Part shown: positions 8,374 to 14,986 of the stretch, piece by piece | Position numbering within the stretch: position 1 is the first letter of the stretch | Layout of the letters: each line of letters starts with the position of its first letter | Origin: a virus | Taxonomy: Duplodnaviria > Caudoviricetes | IMG/VR virus record: IMGVR_UViG_3300020172_001369 | Coordinates: 1 to 24,474 of that record | Length of the DNA: 24,474 nt | Direction: 5' to 3' (one strand) | The notes under the pieces: model-generated | Databases searched by the model: none | What the model saw: the letters and a program-made list of their open reading frames with translations, nothing else | What the model was told of the DNA's origin: nothing | Translations under genes and position numbers: made by a program

Positions 8374-9275
8374 TGCCAATTCAAAATTTTTATACACCTG
8401 CTGCTGGTCAGCAAAAAATTCCATATTATCAAGTATTAACATCTAGCGGAACATGGACATTGCCATCAGGTTATGGAGCTGGAAATCCATTAACAGTCTA
8501 TGCAGTATGTATTGGAGGCGGAGGTGGCGGTGCTGGTGGCAACGGAGCTGTTGCAACATTTAGAAATGAAACAAATACAGGTGATTATGGATATTCAACT
8601 GGAGCTGCAGGCGGACTTGGCGGAAATTGTGGATTAATTTCATCTGGAACACTATCCTTAACATCAAATGTTTCATACACTATAGGTGCTGGTGGTTCTG
8701 GAGGAGCAGCTGGATCAAAAAATAATACAACTGGAGATGCTAATAATTATGGCCAGACTAGGGCTGGAAATAATGGTGGAGCGGGATCTTCTGGAGGATC
8801 TACTACTTTTAGTTCTTTAACAGCGTCTGGTGGTTCAGGCGGAGCAATTGGTAGCGGAACAGGATCACAAACTCAAACACAATCAGCCTCGGCCTGGACA
8901 AGAACATGGTCTAGCTCTGGTTCATCAATAGCGCCAACCGTTAATATAAATTCAGCATATGCCACAACTTCATGTGCTATTGGTGGATCTGGTGGATACC
9001 AAGGTAGTGGTCAAAGCATTGGCACCGCTGTAACAATAACTCAAACACAAAACACAGCTTCTTCTTTAGCACCTACTGGTTCAGTAACTGTAGACTCATC
9101 CGCATTTTCTAGATATGGATCAGGCGGCGGTGGGGGTAATGGAGATACTGGTGGTTATTCATGGCATGGAGGAGGCGGCAGCTATTCATGGAATGCAGTA
9201 TCCAACTTTGGAAATGCCGCAACATCTGGTGGAAGTGGAGGACAAGGCTTAATAGTTCTATACTACTTAGCCTAA
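8373..9275 (+). CDS. Glycine-rich adhesin-like virion protein 4 (divergent, Gly-rich domain only)
   Basis: Framework LTSSGTWTLP..CIGGGGGG..YTIGAGG..STTF..GGQGLIVLYY. Confidence 0.75.
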   Translation: MPIQNFYTPAAGQQKIPYYQVLTSSGTWTLPSGYGAGNPLTVYAVCIGGGGGGAGGNGAVATFRNETNTGDYGYSTGAAGGLGGNCGLISSGTLSLTSNVSYTIGAGGSGGAAGSKNNTTGDANNYGQTRAGNNGGAGSSGGSTTFSSLTASGGSGGAIGSGTGSQTQTQSASAWTRTWSSSGSSIAPTVNINSAYATTSCAIGGSGGYQGSGQSIGTAVTITQTQNTASSLAPTGSVTVDSSAFSRYGSGGGGGNGDTGGYSWHGGGGSYSWNAVSNFGNAATSGGSGGQGLIVLYYLA

Positions 9276-9281
9276 TAAATT

Positions 9282-9635
9282 ATGAACAATAAATATGCAA
9301 TTCTAAATGAAAACAATATAGTAATCAATACTATTGTAATTGATGATTCCGAGTATGATATTAATGATTTTATTTCATTAACACCAGAATCAGATCATGC
9401 AGTTAAAGTAGATAATAATGGAGAGCCGTTTATCGGAGAGCCATTTATTAATGGGTGGTTTAGAACACATTCGCCATATTCTGGCTGGATCTGGGATGAA
9501 AATTCTCACGAATGGAATGCTCCAGTATTAAGGCCAGCAGGCAGAGACTATGTTTGGGATAATTCTACAGAGTCATGGGAATTGTCTGAATATGAAAAAC
9601 TTCAGGATATTTTGGCTCAACAAACAACAAATTAA
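9282..9635 (+). CDS. Trp-rich acidic partner protein (divergent MAHWAE-like paralog)
   Basis: YAILNENNIVINTIV matches WAELDENNVVTRV. PYSGWIWDE..EWNAPV.RP..WDNSTESW matches the C-terminus of 5760-6164. Confidence 0.65.
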   Translation: MNNKYAILNENNIVINTIVIDDSEYDINDFISLTPESDHAVKVDNNGEPFIGEPFINGWFRTHSPYSGWIWDENSHEWNAPVLRPAGRDYVWDNSTESWELSEYEKLQDILAQQTTN

Positions 9636-9673
9636 TAATTAAGATATATCAATTAGGGGATAAGTGAACCAGA

Positions 9674-10180
9674 TTGTCAGATAAGAATTTTAAAGTAAAA
9701 AATAAGCTCACCATAGCTGGGCTTACTAATTCATCTGGCGTCCTCCTTGTTGAAGGTCATACTGTTGATTCACATACTAATTTAGCAACACAATATGGCG
9801 GAACAGGAACAACAACATCTCCTAATTCTGGAGAATTCTTATATTCATCTGGTGGAACAACATATGCTGCTACTTCTTTATCATCCACCGTCCCACTTTG
9901 GGCGGCAGTATCAGTAAACTCAAACATAACACTTTCTAAGTGGAATAACTATATGGTTAATACATCATCTGCTAGAACATTAACACTTCCAGCATCTCCA
10001 TCATCTGGTGATGAAATTCACATTTTTGATGTAACTGGAACAGCAGCAACAAATAAAATTACAGTAGGTTCAAATTCAAATAAAATAAATGGAGCAGTTC
10101 AAGATTTAGAAATTGACGCAAATAATGCGGGAGTCGTTCTAATATATACTGGATCAGCTTATGGATGGAAGGTATCATAA
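9674..10180 (+). CDS. Short adaptor: KNFKVK N-terminus + TLTLP/KING/YGW domain
   Basis: The TTG start is supported by alignment of MSDKNFKVKNKL with the N-termini at 1121 and 7320. The C-terminal domain is paralogous to those of 1121 and 3671. Confidence 0.75.
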   Translation: MSDKNFKVKNKLTIAGLTNSSGVLLVEGHTVDSHTNLATQYGGTGTTTSPNSGEFLYSSGGTTYAATSLSSTVPLWAAVSVNSNITLSKWNNYMVNTSSARTLTLPASPSSGDEIHIFDVTGTAATNKITVGSNSNKINGAVQDLEIDANNAGVVLIYTGSAYGWKVS

Positions 10181-12481
10181 ATGGCATTAAGCTATACATC
10201 ATTAGCAGGCGGTGGATCTTCAGGGTTTGCAACAAATGACTTTACAATAAACGTTGGGTCATCTGGAAATACATCAGTGCCGTTAACCACATCTTTTCCG
10301 TCTGGAAGCTATATTTGCACCTCATCTTTATCTGATGCCACGCTTGATATTTATTTAATTAATGAAGATGGAACATCTGCAGGATATTCAAGTGCTACAA
10401 CTTCAGTTACAACAGTTACTGCATCAAAAGCTTTTAATAAAGTAGTAATTTATGGAGCAGCAAATAATGATACTTTAACATTTCAATTCAAGTATGTATT
10501 TACACCAAATGCAGCAAGTTCTTCAGATTTCTTAGCAGTAGGACCAAAAATTACATCAGTCTCAGATTCAGATCTTCAAAACATTAACGACACAACAACC
10601 ATCACAGGATTCAATTTTGCAGAAGATGTTCAAGTTGCATTTACTGGAACAGGATACTCCTCAACTGCAGCAAAGTCGATTGTCAGGTCATCATCTACAT
10701 CCTTGCTAGTAACTAGACCAGATAACTTCCCAACATCTGGAGCACCATATACGATTACAGTTACAAATCCAGGAATTTCTAATCCAACATCTACAAATTC
10801 ACATGTTTTAGCAAGCTCTGTAACTGCTGGAAATGCCCCAGTATGGGTAACATCAGCAACACTTACACCTTTTCAAAAAGGTGTTTCATACTCTCAAGTA
10901 ATTCAAGCAACAGATTCTGATGGAGGATCATCGGTAACATATTCAATTATTTCTGGATCTTTGCCAACAGGTATTTCTTTTGACACAGGAACTGCGACAT
11001 TTAGTGGAACTCCAACAGCAAATTCTGGTGTTCCATATTCTTATACTATTCGTGCTACAGACTCAGGGGGCAACTTTGTAAATAGAGCATTTTCATTAAC
11101 ACAGGCTGTTCCAGATGCTCCAACTTCAGTAGTTGGAACAGATGTTGGAACTAGTCGTGCATTTAACAATGGAGCCGTATCGGTTGCCTTTACAGCCCCA
11201 TCTTATACAGGAACAAGCTCAATAACATCTTATACCGTAACAGCAAGCACTGGACAAACAGCATCAGGCGCAACATCGCCTATTGTAGTAACAGGAATAG
11301 CAACTGGAGCAACTCCAACATTTACAGTTACCGCAACTAACACTGGTGGAACTTCATTATCTTCAGGTGCATCTTCTGCAGTTACCGTAACAACAGTTCC
11401 AGGAGCACCAACAATTGGAACAGCTTCTATTACTAATACTACAACAGCATCGGTTACATTTACAGCAGGACTAACTGGAGGTAAATCTATTACTTCTTAT
11501 GTTGGAGCTTCAAGTCCTTCAATATCTGTCTCAACTTCTGCTGGAACAACTAGCCCCGTTTCTGTTACTGGTTCTTATGGACAAGGACAGTCGTATACAT
11601 TTGCACTAGCTGCAGTAAATGCAAATGGAACATCTGATTATTCAGCATATTCAAATGGCATAACCCTACTGACGTTGCCTACAGTTAGCGGAGGAACACT
11701 GGGATCTGATGCGACCTATTATTATAGAACATTTACTAGCAACGGAAACTTAGTAGTTTCAACTGGTTCACTTTCAGTAACTGCATTAATGGTAGGTGGT
11801 GGTGGCTCTGGTGGTTATAGTGCACGTGAATTTGACCCAACTTACGGAACATATATGGTAAGAGCGGGTGGCGGAGGAGCAGGTGGATTAATAGAACCTA
11901 CTGCTACAATAGCTCCTGGAACATATTCAATTGTTATCGGCGCAGGCGGAGTATATAATAATAACAATGGAACAAGTTCAACATTTAATGGCAATACGGC
12001 AATTGGCGGCGGCTATGGAACATACTTTAACGGTGCAACTGGCGGTTCTGGAGGCGGAGGAGGCTCCATTACTGCAGCAGGATTTGGTGCATATGCTGGA
12101 GGAGCAGGAACTGCTGGACAAGGAAATGCTGGATCTGGTGGAACCACGGGCAACGGCGGTGGCGGCGGAGGTAAAGGAGCAGCTGGTAGCGTTCCAAGCG
12201 GAGGTGCTGGTGGACTTTATTCGGCATATGCTTCAGCAACTGGAACTGGATCTGGAGGATACTACGCAGGTGGAGGAGCAGGAACTACTGGAAGCGGAGG
12301 AGCTGGAGGCGGAGGCAATTCAACTTCTGGTTCTATAGGTGCAAATGGAGCAGCTAATACTGGAGGCGGCGCAGGCGGAGGCGGCTACACAAATCAAAGC
12401 AGTGATGGAACATTGGCTGGAGGAAATGGTGGATCTGGCGTTGTTATAGTAAGATATTTAAGATCAGCAGTAGGAGGATAA
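10181..12481 (+). CDS. Glycine-rich adhesin-like virion protein 5 (IPT/TIG-like, putative-Ig, 2x FN3, Gly-rich domain)
   Basis: PKITSVS..ITGFNF..ITVTNP (IPT-like), then QATDSDG..SGSLPTG..SGTPT..IRATD (He_PIG-like), RAFNNG FN3, and DATYYYRTFTSNG. Ends RYLRSAVGG, like protein 1. Confidence 0.8.
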   Translation: MALSYTSLAGGGSSGFATNDFTINVGSSGNTSVPLTTSFPSGSYICTSSLSDATLDIYLINEDGTSAGYSSATTSVTTVTASKAFNKVVIYGAANNDTLTFQFKYVFTPNAASSSDFLAVGPKITSVSDSDLQNINDTTTITGFNFAEDVQVAFTGTGYSSTAAKSIVRSSSTSLLVTRPDNFPTSGAPYTITVTNPGISNPTSTNSHVLASSVTAGNAPVWVTSATLTPFQKGVSYSQVIQATDSDGGSSVTYSIISGSLPTGISFDTGTATFSGTPTANSGVPYSYTIRATDSGGNFVNRAFSLTQAVPDAPTSVVGTDVGTSRAFNNGAVSVAFTAPSYTGTSSITSYTVTASTGQTASGATSPIVVTGIATGATPTFTVTATNTGGTSLSSGASSAVTVTTVPGAPTIGTASITNTTTASVTFTAGLTGGKSITSYVGASSPSISVSTSAGTTSPVSVTGSYGQGQSYTFALAAVNANGTSDYSAYSNGITLLTLPTVSGGTLGSDATYYYRTFTSNGNLVVSTGSLSVTALMVGGGGSGGYSAREFDPTYGTYMVRAGGGGAGGLIEPTATIAPGTYSIVIGAGGVYNNNNGTSSTFNGNTAIGGGYGTYFNGATGGSGGGGGSITAAGFGAYAGGAGTAGQGNAGSGGTTGNGGGGGGKGAAGSVPSGGAGGLYSAYASATGTGSGGYYAGGGAGTTGSGGAGGGGNSTSGSIGANGAANTGGGAGGGGYTNQSSDGTLAGGNGGSGVVIVRYLRSAVGG

Positions 12482-12483
12482 AA

Positions 12484-12822
12484 ATGGCACATTGGGCAGA
12501 ACTAGATGAAAACAACATTGTTATAAGAGTAACAGTAGGATCAAATGAAGATCCAGATGAAGGATATCAATGGCTAATTGATAATTTAGGCGGAAGATGG
12601 ATTAAGACTTCATATAATGCAAGAAATGGTAAAAGAGTAAATCCTGAAACAAACGAAGAAACAGAAGAACCAGGCTTTAGAAAAAATTTTGCAGGAATAG
12701 GCTCTATATATGATGAGCAAAGAGATGCCTTTATTCCTCCAAAGCCTATAATTATAAGTCCTTCTGGATCAGAATTAGAATTTTTGTTTGATGAAGAAAC
12801 ATGCAGTTGGATAAGGGCATAG
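12484..12822 (+). CDS. 'MAHWAELDENN' partner protein, shorter paralog
   Basis: AGGAGGA SD. Shares MAHWAELDENN, DEGYQWLIDNLGG.W.KTSYNA and DAFIPP with 5760-6164, but lacks the last Trp module. Confidence 0.7.
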   Translation: MAHWAELDENNIVIRVTVGSNEDPDEGYQWLIDNLGGRWIKTSYNARNGKRVNPETNEETEEPGFRKNFAGIGSIYDEQRDAFIPPKPIIISPSGSELEFLFDEETCSWIRA

Positions 12823-12855
12823 TATAATTAATACATATTAATATTCTATAAAGTA

Positions 12856-12884
12856 TTTACAATATTAATAAAATATAGTAAACT
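12856..12884 (+). promoter_or_regulatory. Sigma70-type promoter, probably leaderless, for the glycosyltransferase
   Basis: TTTACA (12856-61), 17 bp, TAAACT (12879-84), 6 nt, ATG 12891. No SD. Confidence 0.7.
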
Positions 12885-12890
12885 TTATAT

Positions 12891-13949
12891 ATGCGTTTTC
12901 ATGTAATTAATCTACCACATACAAATACAACAAAAGATTTTGTTAATTGCGCCTATACGGAAAAGGTAAGGCGATTTTGTAATATGATGAAATCATTAGG
13001 GCATACAGTTTATTTATACGGCGGCGAAGAAAATGAAGCTGACGTAGATGAATTTATTACATGTATAACAGAAGAAGAAAGATTAATAAGTTTAAATGGG
13101 AAGCACTACGTAGAAGCTTCCTTTGATACCTCCCTCCCACATTGGCAAAGTTTTAACAACAAAGCAATTATAGAAATTGCTAAAAGAATAGAACAAAAAG
13201 ATTTTATATGTATAATTGGCGGAACTGCACAGAAGCCTATTTCAGATTATTTTCCAAACCACATTTCGGTAGAGTATGGAATTGGGTATGGCGGAACATT
13301 TGCCAAGTATCGTGTATTTGAATCATATGCTTGGATGCATAGTATGTATGGAGGATGGAAAAATCCTACATCTGCAGATGGTAATTTTTTTGATGCAGTA
13401 ATTAATGGTTACTTAGAACCAGAAATGTTTCCATTAGTTGAAAAGAAAAACCCTTACTATTTATATATGGGCAGAATGATTGATCGTAAGGGTGTTGCAA
13501 TTGCTTCTCAGGTCTGCGAAGAACTTGGAGTAGATCTAATTATGGCGGGGCCAGGAAATGAGATTCCCCCATATGGAAACTATATTGGAGCAGTTGGTCC
13601 AGAAGAAAGAGCAAAGTTAATGGGTGGAGCAACAGCTCTATTTGCCCCAACTAAATATATTGAGCCATTTGGTAATGTTGTTATTGAAGCACAAGCATGT
13701 GGAACTCCTACAATTACTACAGATTGGGGAGCATTTACAGAAACAAATATAAATGGGTTAACGGGTTATAGATGCCGCACATTTGATGAATTTTGTAAAG
13801 CGGCGGAAGATGTAAAGAGCCTTGATCCAAAAACTATACATGAAAGGGCCATTAGTCTATACTCAGTAGATAGCATCAAATATGAGTATGACAAGTATTT
13901 CAGCCGTCTTTTAACCTTATGGGATAAAGGCTGGTATCAAAGAAGTTAA
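12891..13949 (+). CDS. GT-B fold glycosyltransferase (GT4 / Glycos_transf_1-like)
   Basis: LGHTVYLYG, YMGRMIDRKG, and the EX7E motif EPFGNVVIEAQACGTPTITTDWGA. Confidence 0.9.
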   Translation: MRFHVINLPHTNTTKDFVNCAYTEKVRRFCNMMKSLGHTVYLYGGEENEADVDEFITCITEEERLISLNGKHYVEASFDTSLPHWQSFNNKAIIEIAKRIEQKDFICIIGGTAQKPISDYFPNHISVEYGIGYGGTFAKYRVFESYAWMHSMYGGWKNPTSADGNFFDAVINGYLEPEMFPLVEKKNPYYLYMGRMIDRKGVAIASQVCEELGVDLIMAGPGNEIPPYGNYIGAVGPEERAKLMGGATALFAPTKYIEPFGNVVIEAQACGTPTITTDWGAFTETNINGLTGYRCRTFDEFCKAAEDVKSLDPKTIHERAISLYSVDSIKYEYDKYFSRLLTLWDKGWYQRS

Positions 13950-13958
13950 TGGTATAAT
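13950..13958 (+). promoter_or_regulatory. Extended -10 promoter TGgTATAAT, probably leaderless
   Basis: Perfect TGnTATAAT immediately after the GT stop and 6 nt before ATG 13965. No SD. Confidence 0.7.
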
Positions 13959-13964
13959 TTAAAA

Positions 13965-14978
13965 ATGGGCACAACAGGCAAGGGTTTTAGATACCCACAA
14001 TATTCAGCAACACCAGATGTTCCAAGAGATTTAGAATACTTGGCAGATGATGTTGATGCATACTTAGATGCACATCCTGGTCCAACTGGACCAACTGGCG
14101 TAACTGGACCAGCAGGTGCAACAGGACCAACTGGAGTAACAGGTGTAGCGGGACCAACTGGAGTAACTGGCCCAGCAGGAGCAACAGGGCCAACTGGAGT
14201 AACGGGACCATCAGGTGCAACAGGGCCAACTGGAGTAACGGGACCAGCAGGTGCAACAGGACCAACTGGAGTAACAGGACCCACAGGTTCTACAGGAGTA
14301 ACAGGACCATCAGGTGCATCAGGAGCAACTGGATTGCAAGGATCTGGCGTAGTAATTCTTGGAACTTATTCCACACTGTCAGCATTACAATCTGCACACC
14401 CAACTGGATCTGCAGGAGATGGATATACTGTATCTGGAAATTTATATGTTTGGTCAGCAAACACTTCAAGTTGGATAGATGTTGGACCATTAGAAGGGCC
14501 AACTGGCCCAATAGGAGTAACAGGAGTAACAGGACCAACAGGAGTTACTGGACCAACTGGAGTAACAGGACCAACAGGTGTAACTGGTGTAGCGGGACCA
14601 ACTGGAGTAACTGGGCCAGAAGGTGCAACAGGACCAACTGGCGTAACAGGACCATCAGGTGTAGCAGGACCAACTGGAGTAACAGGTGTAGCAGGACCAA
14701 CTGGAGTAACAGGTGTAACTGGACCAGAAGGTGCAACAGGACCAACTGGAGTAACAGGACCAACAGGAGTTACTGGACCAACTGGAATAACAGGGCCAAC
14801 TGGAGTAACGGGTCCAGCAGGTGCTACGGGCGTAACAGGGCCATCAGGTGCAACAGGCCCAACTAATTCAAATGCTTACACAAATGGCATGACGACATCT
14901 GCAAATAAAGTATTCTATAATACAACTGGAACAAATCCAACCGCAACTGCGGCAGGCGACCTCTATATTTACTATTAG
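13965..14978 (+). CDS. Collagen-like fibre protein
   Basis: N-terminal anchor-like [20 protein letters not shown]. Two G-X-Y blocks are separated by a [14 protein letters not shown] knob. C-terminus [13 protein letters not shown]. Confidence 0.85.
   Translation: MGTTGKGFRYPQYSATPDVPRDLEYLADDVDAYLDAHPGPTGPTGVTGPAGATGPTGVTGVAGPTGVTGPAGATGPTGVTGPSGATGPTGVTGPAGATGPTGVTGPTGSTGVTGPSGASGATGLQGSGVVILGTYSTLSALQSAHPTGSAGDGYTVSGNLYVWSANTSSWIDVGPLEGPTGPIGVTGVTGPTGVTGPTGVTGPTGVTGVAGPTGVTGPEGATGPTGVTGPSGVAGPTGVTGVAGPTGVTGVTGPEGATGPTGVTGPTGVTGPTGITGPTGVTGPAGATGVTGPSGATGPTNSNAYTNGMTTSANKVFYNTTGTNPTATAAGDLYIYY
14079..14348 (+). repeat. Collagen block 1, ~30 G-X-Y triplets (9-bp period)
   Basis: GPT/GVT/GAT/GPA triplets; recurrent ggaccaactggagtaac. 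Confidence 0.9.
14496..14864 (+). repeat. Collagen block 2, ~41 G-X-Y triplets
   Basis: Uninterrupted [12 protein letters not shown] triplets. Confidence 0.9.
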
Positions 14979-14986
14979 GAGCTAAT

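Noticed and set aside
2125-12481. Diversity-generating retroelement or invertible shufflon acting on the adhesins
   Set aside because: No reverse transcriptase or recombinase in the window, no long near-identical repeat pair differing only at adenines, and no inverted cassettes.
2125-12481. PE-PGRS-like bacterial proteins
   Set aside because: No PE domain or regular GGAGGX periodicity, low GC, and a phage structural context.
12823-12870. Repeated ATATTAATA and an extra TATAAT in the gap before the glycosyltransferase
   Set aside because: The gap is almost all A/T, so such matches are uninformative, and the extra TATAAT has no convincing -35.
14079-14864. Periodic repeats as a CRISPR array
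   Set aside because: The 9-bp period is in-frame collagen coding with third-position variation. There are no unique spacers and no cas genes.
13946-14866. Minus-strand and alternate-frame ORFs over the collagen gene
   Set aside because: Shadows of the G-X-Y repeat, with no RBS and low-complexity products.
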